NCBI GenBank assembly: GCA_002450655.1 | Contig: DJZY01000064.1 | Coordinates: forward strand, 1-64,000 | From: Gammaproteobacteria bacterium UBA6940 | Lineage (GTDB): Bacteria; Pseudomonadota; Gammaproteobacteria; Pseudomonadales; UBA6940 | Length of the DNA stretch: 64,000 nucleotides | Reading direction: 5' to 3' | Shown: in pieces, positions 41,225 through 50,985 of the stretch | Numbering within the stretch: the first letter of the stretch is position 1 | Layout: every line of letters starts with the position of its first letter | Translations under genes and position numbers: made by a program | The notes under the pieces: model-generated | Database searches by the model: none | Told to the model about the DNA's origin: nothing | The model's input: the letters and a program-made list of their open reading frames with translations, nothing else

Positions 41225-42625
41225 ATGAATGAAAAGAAGTTAACCTATGGGCTGCCGCTTCATGATATGAAGCGACTGGTAGTCTTAGCTGCGCCAATTA
41301 TTGCAGCGCAGGTCATGCAAAGCCTGAATGGCTTTATAGATACAGTGATGGCGGGGCGTCATTCACCTGATACCTTATCGCAAGTGGCAATGGGCAGTGC
41401 TATCTGGTTGCCAATGTTAATCCTCAGTGCCGGGGTGTTTAACGGTGTCAGTGCACTTACATCTCATGCCTTTGGTGCTGGTGATAAGAAAGGGGTGAGC
41501 CAATTGTTTGCCTCTTCAGTGCTTTTATCAGTCTTGTTGAGTGCCTTACTTGTCTTTTGCTTGCGGAACTCCGCAGTTGTGTTCCCTTTGTTCGATGTAC
41601 CCCAAGAACTTGGTGGCGGTATTGTTGATTATGTGGATATGGTCTCTCTTGGGTTTCCTTTATTACTAATCTTTTGGGCTTTTCGTGGCTGGGTTGAAGG
41701 CTTGCATCACACCAAACCAGCGATGATTGCATCTCTTGCCTCTGTTTTATTGAATATCCCATTAAATTATATTTTTATTCATGGCTGGTGGGTTGTGCCT
41801 GAGATGGGGGCAAAAGGTTGCGGTATAGCAACAGCTATTTCCATGAGTACTATGCCATTCTGGATGATTTATCTGTTTAAAAAGCAGGGCATCATGCAAG
41901 AAGCTGGGGTTCGCTTGCGAGCAATTTTTAAAGATTGGGATTTAGGCATCGTTAAGCGCATTGTTAAAGTAGGTGGCCCAGTTGGTGTGTCAGGCTTTAT
42001 TGAAGGCTCTTTCTTTTGTGTGATTGCAATTATGTTAGCGCCACTCGGTGCAACAAGCGTAGCTGCTCATCAGATTACGATTAATATTTCTGGCACATTA
42101 TTTATGGTACCTTTAGGGTTTAACTTTGCTTTAACAGTTGCTGTTGGTAAAGCTTATGGTGAAAATGCACCTGTCGAAGAAATTAAGCGTTTGGTTTTAA
42201 GCGGTTTATATATTGCTTTTGCATTTGCGATTTGTTCATGCATATTGCTGCTCACCTGCCGTGAATTAATACCAATGCTGTATTCGAATGATGCACCTGT
42301 TGTTGCATTGGCAAGTCAATTATTAATTTTTGCCGCTATTTTCCAAATACCAGATGGTATGCAAGTTTCCCTCTATGGTGTGTTAAAAGGCTTACAAGAT
42401 ACAGTGGTACCAATGATTATTGCTGTATTTGCTTACTGGATTATTGGTGCCATGCTTGGCTACAGCTTTACTTATTTTGAAGTGTTTGGTGCTATGGGCG
42501 CGAAGGGTGCTTGGATCGGTCTAAATATTGGTTTAGTGCTTGCAAGTGTGGCTTATGGTCTTCGAATGCTCTCTATCTTTAAACAACGTACAGGTGTAGG
42601 CTTTTTTGAAGCGAATAAAGCTTAA
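41225..42625 (+). CDS. MATE family multidrug efflux transporter (NorM-like)
   Basis: 466 aa. 12 TM. N-terminal 'LAAPIIAAQVMQSLNGFIDTVMAG' MatE motif. Confidence 0.9.
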   Translation: MNEKKLTYGLPLHDMKRLVVLAAPIIAAQVMQSLNGFIDTVMAGRHSPDTLSQVAMGSAIWLPMLILSAGVFNGVSALTSHAFGAGDKKGVSQLFASSVLLSVLLSALLVFCLRNSAVVFPLFDVPQELGGGIVDYVDMVSLGFPLLLIFWAFRGWVEGLHHTKPAMIASLASVLLNIPLNYIFIHGWWVVPEMGAKGCGIATAISMSTMPFWMIYLFKKQGIMQEAGVRLRAIFKDWDLGIVKRIVKVGGPVGVSGFIEGSFFCVIAIMLAPLGATSVAAHQITINISGTLFMVPLGFNFALTVAVGKAYGENAPVEEIKRLVLSGLYIAFAFAICSCILLLTCRELIPMLYSNDAPVVALASQLLIFAAIFQIPDGMQVSLYGVLKGLQDTVVPMIIAVFAYWIIGAMLGYSFTYFEVFGAMGAKGAWIGLNIGLVLASVAYGLRMLSIFKQRTGVGFFEANKA

Positions 42626-42641
42626 AAGAGAGTATTGAAAA

Positions 42642-43085
42642 ATGAAAGCTGAGCTGAATAATCTGGTGATTTACGATGGTGTTTGCCACTTTTGCAATTA
42701 TTCCGTGAACTTTATTATTCAGCATGATCCTCATGCTCTTTTTACTTTTGTGCCTATACAGTCTCAAACAGCACAATGTATTTTACAGACATATGGTTCT
42801 CAACAAACCGCCGATAATTTCGATACCATTGTGCTGATAAAAAATAGGCGGTGTTTTGAACGTTCAAATGCTGCATTAGAAATTGCGCGATCTTTGCAAA
42901 AGCCATGGCCTGTATTCTATGGCTTGAAAATTATACCTACTCTTCTGCGAGATTGGTGCTATAACCTGATTGCTCGCAATCGATACAGGTTATTTGGGCA
43001 AAGCCAAGTGTGTTTAATGCCAACACCAGCGCTTAAGGCTCGTTTTATAGGCTTGGATGAGGTTGCTGCTAAAAGACATGATTGA
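42642..43085 (+). CDS. Thiol-disulfide oxidoreductase DCC (DUF393) family protein
   Basis: 'YDGVCHFCN' motif. Confidence 0.8.
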   Translation: MKAELNNLVIYDGVCHFCNYSVNFIIQHDPHALFTFVPIQSQTAQCILQTYGSQQTADNFDTIVLIKNRRCFERSNAALEIARSLQKPWPVFYGLKIIPTLLRDWCYNLIARNRYRLFGQSQVCLMPTPALKARFIGLDEVAAKRHD

Positions 43086-43455
43086 GCACATTTGTCGATA
43101 CACTATTGGTTTAAGTTGGATATACCAAGGTATTGTACCAAAACTTTGGCATATTGCGCCGCTTGAAAGGCTCATGACGGCAAACTTTGGTTTTAATGCT
43201 GAAATATCAGACCTTATTACCCGCGGTGCAGGCGTGGGGGAAGTTATTTTTGGTATGGCTTTTATTGTATGGTATCGCTCAATGCTGCTCAACATCGCAC
43301 ACTGCTTAGCAATGGTTGGATTACTGTTATTTGTCTTGGTCATGGAGCCCAGCGTTATGCTGGAAGCTTTTAATCCAGTCACAACCAACTTACCACTTCT
43401 AGCATTAAGCCTTATTCTGATTGCTCAGCTTAAAACTCATGTTAAACCAGCTTAA
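43057..43455 (+). CDS. DoxX-like small membrane protein. Overlaps the DCC gene by 29 nt, a typical pairing.
   Basis: Four hydrophobic helices. Confidence 0.55.
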   Translation: MRLLLKDMIEHICRYTIGLSWIYQGIVPKLWHIAPLERLMTANFGFNAEISDLITRGAGVGEVIFGMAFIVWYRSMLLNIAHCLAMVGLLLFVLVMEPSVMLEAFNPVTTNLPLLALSLILIAQLKTHVKPA

Positions 43456-43487
43456 TCGCTTGAACTGGTTTAACACTGACTTATTAG

Positions 43488-44327
43488 TTAAGAAATATAC
43501 ACATTGCTCGTGTCTGATAGTTCGAACATATCAACCAAGTGTTTATCTTTAGATGACAAATAAAGATCACCTTGCACAAAAGGTTTATTGTGGTTATCTG
43601 CTTTAATGTTTGGGCAATTCACAATCACAAGATCTTTTGGAAAATAACTTGGCAGTGTTATGAGTTCAGGCAAGTGCCTTAGAGTAACTCGACCATTGAT
43701 AGAAGAATCACCTCCTATGGTAAAAGACTCGAGCTTTGGGCAAGACTCTATACGAAGGTCATCATAAAAATTGCCAGAATTGATTGCTTTAATGCCGCAG
43801 TTCACAATTCTCACTTGGCCATCCACATCAAAGTTTTGTGGTAATGATTCTAATGACGGGTTATCAAGAAGCCCTACATTATTAAGGGAGTAGATGTCTG
43901 GTAATGAAGTTGTGCTTTGGCCTTTAACACGAACCTCAGCTCTGTTGCCTCGCTTATCGAGGTTATCGAAGTAAAAACCATTTTCGTTCACACCATGTTG
44001 TGAGCGAAGAGATGTTGTCAGCTTTTTAATGGCTGCTGCGTCAGCAGATAATGGCTTAGGCTTTAAAAGAGAGTTAAGAGACTGACTCAGTTGTTTATAG
44101 TGTTGAGTTATTGTGTTTGTGACTAGGTTAAACAATTTAGCAAAACACGCTTGAATTGGCTTGGTGTTTATTTTAGAAAAACAGATGTTGTTACTTTCAA
44201 CTGATGAAAAGGAAAATCGGGAAACTTGGTTTTCCCTTGATGTTTCAATTACACTTAAGCGGCCTGATAGGTTAGTTTGGTTTTTAGGTAAAAAGAAGTG
44301 GAAATAAGGCGTTATTGTATTTGTCAT
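43488..44327 (-). CDS. Leucine-rich repeat protein (bacterial LRR, Cys-containing 'xCPxLxxL' repeats)
   Basis: 'IESCPKLESFTIGG', 'IVNCPNIK', 'LRHLPELITLPS' repeats. Confidence 0.55.
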   Translation of the reverse strand: MTNTITPYFHFFLPKNQTNLSGRLSVIETSRENQVSRFSFSSVESNNICFSKINTKPIQACFAKLFNLVTNTITQHYKQLSQSLNSLLKPKPLSADAAAIKKLTTSLRSQHGVNENGFYFDNLDKRGNRAEVRVKGQSTTSLPDIYSLNNVGLLDNPSLESLPQNFDVDGQVRIVNCGIKAINSGNFYDDLRIESCPKLESFTIGGDSSINGRVTLRHLPELITLPSYFPKDLVIVNCPNIKADNHNKPFVQGDLYLSSKDKHLVDMFELSDTSNVYIS

Positions 44328-44538
44328 TTTTTTATACTCATCTTTAAGATTTTTTAATTGTTGTCAAAGTATCACTTGTTTTCTTTTTTTGTAATTCCTA
44401 TGTTACTTAAAATATGCTTTTTTAATTCTATAAATTAATTTTGTTGTTGTTTATATTTTTATCAGAAAAAGCTCGTTTTTAGTGGTTCTGGCTGGTATTC
44501 TTGAAGAAGCTTTTTTTTAGGTTTTTTATCTGTAAGAG

Positions 44539-44931
44539 GTGTTTGCTATGACAAGACAATTAATTTCCAGTGGTTCAGAGTTCGAAACAAAGATCGGTTA
44601 TTCCCGAGCCGTTGTTGATGGCGATTTTGTGTTTGTTTCAGGTACGACTGGTTATAACTATGACACTATGTCCATCAGCGATGATGTAGTAGAACAAGCA
44701 GATCAATGTTTTAAAAATATTGATAATGTTCTTAAAGAAGCTGGCAGCTCTATTCAAGATATTGTTCGTGTGACATATGTTCTACCAAAGCGTGAAGATT
44801 TCGAGCCATGCTGGCCCGTGCTGAACAAGTGGTTAGGTGAAGTGCGTCCTGCATGTATGGTGTTTGTAGCTGGTCTTCTTTCTGATGATATGAAAATTGA
44901 AGTTGAAGTCACTGCTCGTAAAAGCAAATAA
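44539..44931 (+). CDS. RidA/YjgF (Rid) family protein
   Basis: 'IGYSRAVVDGDFVFVSGTTG....VEQADQCFKNIDNVLKEAGSS..DIVRVTYVL'. Confidence 0.8.
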   Translation: MFAMTRQLISSGSEFETKIGYSRAVVDGDFVFVSGTTGYNYDTMSISDDVVEQADQCFKNIDNVLKEAGSSIQDIVRVTYVLPKREDFEPCWPVLNKWLGEVRPACMVFVAGLLSDDMKIEVEVTARKSK

Positions 44932-45128
44932 GGCTTATTGCAAATTACCGTTGAGCTAAGTCTTTCAAATATGCCTTTTTTGTAAGAGATTCATATTAAT
45001 GTCAGCGAACTATGAAAAGCTATGAGCTTATTGCTGCGTAATGTTTGAAGCTCACAGAAGAGGCTTCTTTTTAATACCACTAGATGTTTATGGATGAACA
45101 GGTTGAGATATAAAGACCGAGTATCATC

Positions 45129-47213
45129 ATGCCTCACATTTATTGTCATCAATGCTTTCCGAATGCACCTTTAGAGCAAACCCCCTTAAACCCCGTTAAT
45201 TCACTACATACCATTAACTTACAAAATCTGATTTGCAATGGAAATCATAACTTTGCCGCACAACGCGTTTCATCTGTTCGCTCTACAATAAATAGTGTTG
45301 CGCCAACTTCATATTTGGTTAATCAAACACCTGCGCATGCGGCTTTGCGTCAATGGGTCGAGAAGGGAACCGCAACTGATAGAGACAGCCGCTCATCAGT
45401 TGCGACACAGTTGTTAGATTCAGGTGCCTTTATCAATAGCTCTGGAGCTCTAGAAGTACAGGGGCCTTGCCGTATTGCAAACACCCTTATCGAGTCTTTA
45501 CCTGATAACCTCGTGGTGGTTGGGGATTTGTTTCTTTCATCTTGCCCTAATCTCAAGGCATTACCTGATTTTATGCAAGTGACAGGTAAGCTTGCATTAA
45601 GTGATTGTCAGTCAATTACTGAGGTGCCTGAGTTAATCAATGCAGGCTCATTAGCCTTGATAAACCTTCGTAATTTACAAAAGATAGCAGGTTCTTGTGC
45701 TCAATATGCTGGAGATGTGTTCATTGATTCATGCCGTCGATTAGATCAGATGCCGGTTAGCTTTGAGGTTGGTGGCAAGCTTACTATCAATAACTGTCCT
45801 AGTTTGCCAGAATTGCCGCTTAATTTATCAGTGCATGGTGATTGTAAAATTTCTGAGTGTGAGGACTTAAGACGATTACCTCCGAAAGCTGAGTTTTATC
45901 AACATCTTGAAGTTGTTTGGTGCTCTCAATTTAATTTGATTCCCGATACTACGCTTATACGTGGCAATATTAATGTGTCGAATAATCAGAGCTTAAATCG
46001 CTTGCCAAGTGCTCTTTTGCAACAGGTTTCTATTAATCACCTGGGTAACGAGCGTGAAATTAATATTGCGCAGTCTGGTTTTAGCGACCGATTTTTAGAT
46101 CAGGTCGAAAGCTCTCCATTAGCACGAATTTTTTATACCGGAAATAGCACATTTAGTGATATGGAATTTTCTGACTCTGAAAGTGTAGATACGCGCTTGC
46201 ATATTGTAACTAAGCCTGGGAATGAGTATGAGGATATTAGTCAAGAACTCTTTCATGAGCCTGATGCTCATACCTTTATCCAATATGCTGGCAATAAGGC
46301 GGTTGATGATGGTGGTGTAAGTCGACAAGCTTTTACTGAAGGTTTAAAGCAATTGATTGTGCAAAATCCAATCTTTGTTAAATCTTCGACTCGACAAGCT
46401 TTTATTAATTCTTTTGATATCTCAAATCAAAAAGAAGGTCATCAACTAAAGCGTGATGCCTATTTGGCTGGTGTGTTTTTAGGTGGCTTTAATCAATTAA
46501 ACCTTGGTACGGCCAAATATTTTGATGAGGTTTTCTATAAGTCGCTTCATGATGTTGTCACTAATATGAAAGATGTGACGGTTATCTATGATGCGCAACA
46601 GGTTGCAGATTTTTTAGAAAACCCACAAACAGGTATTAATGACGTTTTACAGTTGGTTAAAACCTTAAGACCAAGCATGTTAAAGCCAAGTATGTTTGAG
46701 CATTATCGTCAAGATTATGCGCAAGAAGAGCTTCGTGAGCTTAGAGGGGAAACACTTTTATATTTAAATCTTGCGCAAGGTTTAGAAAATGCTGGCTTTC
46801 ATTTTGAAAATGACTACATGGCGTTTTATAAAAGCCTAGTTGGTGTGGTTGATTTAAAGCAAGAGCTTATAAGCCATATGAAGTATTTACAAAATGAGCA
46901 TACGCATGTTTCTTCAACAGAGGCCAAACAGGTATTAGACTGGGTAAAGCATGCAATTCATGAAGCTGATGATGATCGTATGCCTAAACTCATGCAAGAT
47001 TTAACAGGTGCTGAAAATATCCGCTTAACAAAACCTTTCTTTGTGACACTAGCAACATTTAATAAAAAGGATGTTGTGTTTAATTCACATACTTGCAGTT
47101 TTTCACTAGACGTCAATATTGAAACCTTTAGAGATTTGGTGAAAACCAATAATTTTGAATACTTTAGGGATAATTTTTTAATAGGTGCAAGTAAGGTTTT
47201 GAACGGGGCTTAA
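45129..47213 (+). CDS. Large LRR effector-like protein (N-terminal ~300 aa of 'LSSCPNLKALP / NNCPSLPELP' repeats plus ~400-aa C-terminal domain of unknown function)
   Basis: At least eight consecutive about 20-residue LRR units with Cys at the conserved Asn position. Confidence 0.6.
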   Translation: MPHIYCHQCFPNAPLEQTPLNPVNSLHTINLQNLICNGNHNFAAQRVSSVRSTINSVAPTSYLVNQTPAHAALRQWVEKGTATDRDSRSSVATQLLDSGAFINSSGALEVQGPCRIANTLIESLPDNLVVVGDLFLSSCPNLKALPDFMQVTGKLALSDCQSITEVPELINAGSLALINLRNLQKIAGSCAQYAGDVFIDSCRRLDQMPVSFEVGGKLTINNCPSLPELPLNLSVHGDCKISECEDLRRLPPKAEFYQHLEVVWCSQFNLIPDTTLIRGNINVSNNQSLNRLPSALLQQVSINHLGNEREINIAQSGFSDRFLDQVESSPLARIFYTGNSTFSDMEFSDSESVDTRLHIVTKPGNEYEDISQELFHEPDAHTFIQYAGNKAVDDGGVSRQAFTEGLKQLIVQNPIFVKSSTRQAFINSFDISNQKEGHQLKRDAYLAGVFLGGFNQLNLGTAKYFDEVFYKSLHDVVTNMKDVTVIYDAQQVADFLENPQTGINDVLQLVKTLRPSMLKPSMFEHYRQDYAQEELRELRGETLLYLNLAQGLENAGFHFENDYMAFYKSLVGVVDLKQELISHMKYLQNEHTHVSSTEAKQVLDWVKHAIHEADDDRMPKLMQDLTGAENIRLTKPFFVTLATFNKKDVVFNSHTCSFSLDVNIETFRDLVKTNNFEYFRDNFLIGASKVLNGA

Positions 47214-47377
47214 TGTTGTAATCTGCTGTTATAGATAAAAGCGTGATCCATTAGCTGTTAAATGGTTAAGTTGTTGAAATATATAGTATTAATTTTGCGC
47301 AAAATTCCAGTTATGAGTATTTAAACACCAATTCTGAAGTGCTACATTACGCTTTTTAATCTACAAGGAGCCTAAGA

Positions 47378-47920
47378 ATGGTAGTACGTTTTCCTAGCGC
47401 CGCTGAAATTGTGAAAACCCTCGAAAGTGATGCAAAACTTGGGGCACAGTATAAAGATCAAAAGCTGTTGCAAAAAATAGGTAATACATTTGCTTTTAAA
47501 GATACTGTAGTGTCAAAACAGTCGCAGACAGCTTCATTAATGACGGATGTTCCAAGTAGCTCTAAGCGAAACTCAAGCTTGATGAAAGAGCTACTTGCAG
47601 CCCTTGATCGAGTACCCAGAGAAACTGTGACAGTTTCAACGTGCCATGCGGACAAAGACACGCTATTACAAGCACTTAAAAGTGACCCTAAACTGAAGAA
47701 GCAGCTTAAAAATGAAAAGCTTCTTGAAGCCTTGGCTGAAAATTTTTCACATAAAGAAGTGGCCGAAGCTTGGCGTCCAAAGCAGTATGCGGTAGCGCAA
47801 GTGCTTCATAGTCTTAAAGTATTGAACGGTAACCTAGGCAATAATTTTGATGCTATTCAAGAGTGTGCCGATGCGCTAGATCGTATTCCGAGTGTGACAC
47901 TGACACAAGTTATGCGCTAA
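47378..47920 (+). CDS. Hypothetical protein with internal tandem duplication of a ~30-aa helical unit
   Basis: 'ESDAKLGAQYKDQKLLQKIGNTFAFKD' matches 'KSDPKLKKQLKNEKLLEALAENFSHKE'. Confidence 0.45.
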   Translation: MVVRFPSAAEIVKTLESDAKLGAQYKDQKLLQKIGNTFAFKDTVVSKQSQTASLMTDVPSSSKRNSSLMKELLAALDRVPRETVTVSTCHADKDTLLQALKSDPKLKKQLKNEKLLEALAENFSHKEVAEAWRPKQYAVAQVLHSLKVLNGNLGNNFDAIQECADALDRIPSVTLTQVMR

Positions 47921-47974
47921 TTTTTTTGCAAAATTTTTATCAACATGGATGTTGATGTCCTCACATTTTATTGC

Positions 47975-48454
47975 TTATGCCTGAATATTGACTCGTGGCT
48001 GACGAGCTGCGCCTTGCAAATCCATTAATTTATTTAAACTACGTTGAGCACGATCTAGAGCGCTTATATTCGCAGCACTGGGTGGCTGAGCTTTATAGTG
48101 TTTAATTGTATTTTCATAATGTTCTATATAATTTATTTTTTCATCAAAGGCTGAGTCCATTTGTGCTTTCATTTCATTGGTGAGCTTTAAGCCTTCTTTT
48201 GAAGTGACAGTGGGTGGTAACTCAATACCAAGCTCACCGTTGTTCCACATTTCGTCATACTCACTTCGAGACATGCTTGTGAAGTCATAATGCCGTTGCG
48301 CAATATCTTGTTGTGGAAGGGCATAGAGTGGTTGTGAGTTGGAAGCTTCTGTTGAAATAACGCCTTGAGGTGCTGACCTTATTAAGCCTTCCTGTGCTGT
48401 AGCCTGCTCTGAAAGGTTCGCGATATTGGTGTATGCACTTGCTAATACCTGCAT
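47975..48454 (-). CDS. Hypothetical protein
   Basis: 159-aa ORF. No motif. Confidence 0.4.
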   Translation of the reverse strand: MQVLASAYTNIANLSEQATAQEGLIRSAPQGVISTEASNSQPLYALPQQDIAQRHYDFTSMSRSEYDEMWNNGELGIELPPTVTSKEGLKLTNEMKAQMDSAFDEKINYIEHYENTIKHYKAQPPSAANISALDRAQRSLNKLMDLQGAARQPRVNIQA

Positions 48455-48598
48455 CTCTTCATCCTTCTTTTAATACCTGAACTGGTAATGGCAAGATATA
48501 TGCCAGTGTCGAGAAGTTAAAATGATTTCAGCGGTTTACCTTTCTTTCTGATCTATTCCTGTATTAGTAAGTAAAACTGACAAGAAAAAGGATTTTAT

Positions 48599-49027
48599 AT
48601 GCGCTTCACAATCTCTAAAAAAATATCTAAAACAATACCTACTTTTATTGCACTCTTTCTTTTAGCTGGTTGCAGTAGTGATACGCCAGCTCAGCCTAAA
48701 GTTAAAACTCAATCTCTCGAAGTGACAGCATCTGCTTATAATTCTGTGACAAGCCAAACTAAAAAAGGCAACCCTGCATTAACAGCATGGGGCGATACTT
48801 TAAAGCCTGGCATGAAAGCGATTGCAGTTTCTCGGGATTTAATTCCCCTTGGTTTAACCCATGGTACTCAGGTTCGTATAGAAGGCTTGGACGATATCTA
48901 TACGGTGCGAGATAAAATGAATAAGCGCTGGACTAAAAAAATTGATATTTACATGGGGACAGATATCAAAGCTGCACGAGAGTGGGGTGCTCAGAAAGTC
49001 ACAATTACTTGGATACCTCCACAGTAG
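48599..49027 (+). CDS. 3D-domain lipoprotein (MltA-like C-terminal domain; cell-wall-associated)
   Basis: Lipobox 'LLAGCSS'. 'VTASAYNS...IAVSRDLIPLGL...IYMGTDIKAAREWG' 3D signature. Confidence 0.75.
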   Translation: MRFTISKKISKTIPTFIALFLLAGCSSDTPAQPKVKTQSLEVTASAYNSVTSQTKKGNPALTAWGDTLKPGMKAIAVSRDLIPLGLTHGTQVRIEGLDDIYTVRDKMNKRWTKKIDIYMGTDIKAAREWGAQKVTITWIPPQ

Positions 49028-49145
49028 GGTTGTTGCTTAATACACAATTTTTACTGAACTTCTTTGCTATTCGTCTTGCTGTAAAGTAATCTTGTCTACT
49101 TCTATAGCTGTAGCATAAAGCGTTGATACCAAGGAATTCAGTGAT

Positions 49146-50816
49146 ATGTCTCTTTCTCGTTTAGTTGGCTTAGGCCTCCTTGTTGCTCCTGCAAGCCTTA
49201 TGGCTCAAGAGGCGCAAGAATCTCATGAGTGTGTTGTTAGTCAGCTTGAAGAGGGGTTGACTTGGCCTGAAGGCACGGAAATTACAGATATTGATATCAA
49301 TGTCGATCCTATTTTTGGTGATCCAGACTCTGGTGCTTTTCCATGGCTTTACCACCTCGCCAACACACTCCACATCAGTACGCGAGATTCTGTGGTTGAG
49401 CGAGATTTACTGTTTAAAGAAGGGGATAAGCTCGACCCTTTACGTCTGCAAGAGACAGAACGTTTATTACGCAGCCGACGTTATTACAGCCAAGCCAAAG
49501 TCACTCTAGATGAAAACTGTGCTGATGGTGCCAAAGTTAATGTCGATGTGCATGATGTTTGGACATTAGAGCCTCATGTTGAATTTGATAAATCCGGCAC
49601 AGAATCAACCTATGGTTATGGTTTTGAAGAAACAAACCTGTTTGGCTTTGGTAAAACACTGCTATTTTCCAAATATTCCAATGATCAACGTGAAGGTCAT
49701 TTAATAAAGTATCATGATCCAAACACTGGCTTTTACAGAAGCACTTTAACCTTGCTTGCTGCTGATAATGACGATGGCCATGCTTACTCTGGAAGTTTGA
49801 TTAAGCCTTTTGAATCCCTTGAATCCACTTGGTCTGCTGGATTAAACGGCTATGATGTGCGTCAACAACGTTATTTGTATGATGCATCTATTGAGTATGA
49901 TCGCTTTGGTGAGTCTGATAATTTTGCAGAAGGTTTTATTGGCTGGCGTTTAGGTGATGTTGTCGATAATAGTGTGACACGCTTATTTGTTGGTGCTTCT
50001 TTTAGAAATCAATTTTATTATCCACTAGGTATCACGCAATACGATACCTCTGTGCCAGAGCATCAGCATGGCACAACTTATTGGGCTGAACTTCAATGGT
50101 TGAAGCATGACTATAAAGAAATGGTGAACCTTGAAGCCATGAACAGAATTGAAGATATCAACTTTGGTTTAGTGTCTAATTTCAGGCTTGGTTTTTATAA
50201 GGCGCAAACGGGAAGTGTCGATACAGGTGTTCGTGCTCAAGGTGGATTATCGAAATACTTCCAGTTAAGTGACAACCAGTTTATTCAAGCAAGCCTTTCG
50301 TCAACAGGTTTATTTGATGGTGGTACGCTTTATGATGCTGCAACAGCTGGCCGCATTGCTTATTTCCATAAACAAAAAATTGCTGGTGAAAATGCGCAGT
50401 TTTTTGCTGAATATAAAGAAGCAAGTTTAGTTCGTCCATTTGGTCATCATTACCTTGAGCTTGGCCCAACTCAAGGGGCGCGCGGTTATGAAGCACGTTA
50501 CCAAACAGGTGAACATCGTCAGGTTATTACGCTTGAAGAACGTTGGTACGGTCAACATGAGTGGTTCTCACTGTTTTATTTAGGGGCTGCTTTGTTTTAT
50601 GATGCAGCTCATGTCTGGGGGGATTCCCCAGTTGATCTGTCACAAGAAGGCTGGTTACACTCGGCGGGCTTTGGTTTTCGTATAATGACGAATCGTTTAG
50701 GTGGTCGTGAAGGCGGTGGTGTCAGTGTGCTGCATATTGATTTTGCAGGCCCTGTAGGACCAGATCGTCCAGTTGATTCAGGCCAAGTGCTTGTGACAGT
50801 GAAGCAAGGTTTTTAA
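49146..50816 (+). CDS. Putative outer-membrane beta-barrel protein (Omp85/surface-antigen-like)
   Basis: Signal peptide. Alternating amphipathic beta pattern. C-terminal '...VTVKQGF' aromatic terminus. Confidence 0.45.
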   Translation: MSLSRLVGLGLLVAPASLMAQEAQESHECVVSQLEEGLTWPEGTEITDIDINVDPIFGDPDSGAFPWLYHLANTLHISTRDSVVERDLLFKEGDKLDPLRLQETERLLRSRRYYSQAKVTLDENCADGAKVNVDVHDVWTLEPHVEFDKSGTESTYGYGFEETNLFGFGKTLLFSKYSNDQREGHLIKYHDPNTGFYRSTLTLLAADNDDGHAYSGSLIKPFESLESTWSAGLNGYDVRQQRYLYDASIEYDRFGESDNFAEGFIGWRLGDVVDNSVTRLFVGASFRNQFYYPLGITQYDTSVPEHQHGTTYWAELQWLKHDYKEMVNLEAMNRIEDINFGLVSNFRLGFYKAQTGSVDTGVRAQGGLSKYFQLSDNQFIQASLSSTGLFDGGTLYDAATAGRIAYFHKQKIAGENAQFFAEYKEASLVRPFGHHYLELGPTQGARGYEARYQTGEHRQVITLEERWYGQHEWFSLFYLGAALFYDAAHVWGDSPVDLSQEGWLHSAGFGFRIMTNRLGGREGGGVSVLHIDFAGPVGPDRPVDSGQVLVTVKQGF

Positions 50817-50985
50817 TGAAAATGCGTTTATAAATGTCCATGGTCTATCTTATTAAGTAGAACAGTAAATAAAAACGCGAATTGAATAAACAAGTCTCTT
50901 CATGTTATCTATAACGAAACACATTGAAGAGACAAGCTCTTTAAAGGGCATACAGTCGATATTAAAGTCATCATGAGAGGTTAGA

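Noticed and set aside
45129-47213. IpaH/SspH-type NEL E3-ligase domain C-terminal to the LRR
   Set aside because: No CxD/CEDR catalytic motif or other NEL landmarks recognised in the C-terminal 400 aa. Kept only as an LRR protein with unknown effector domain.
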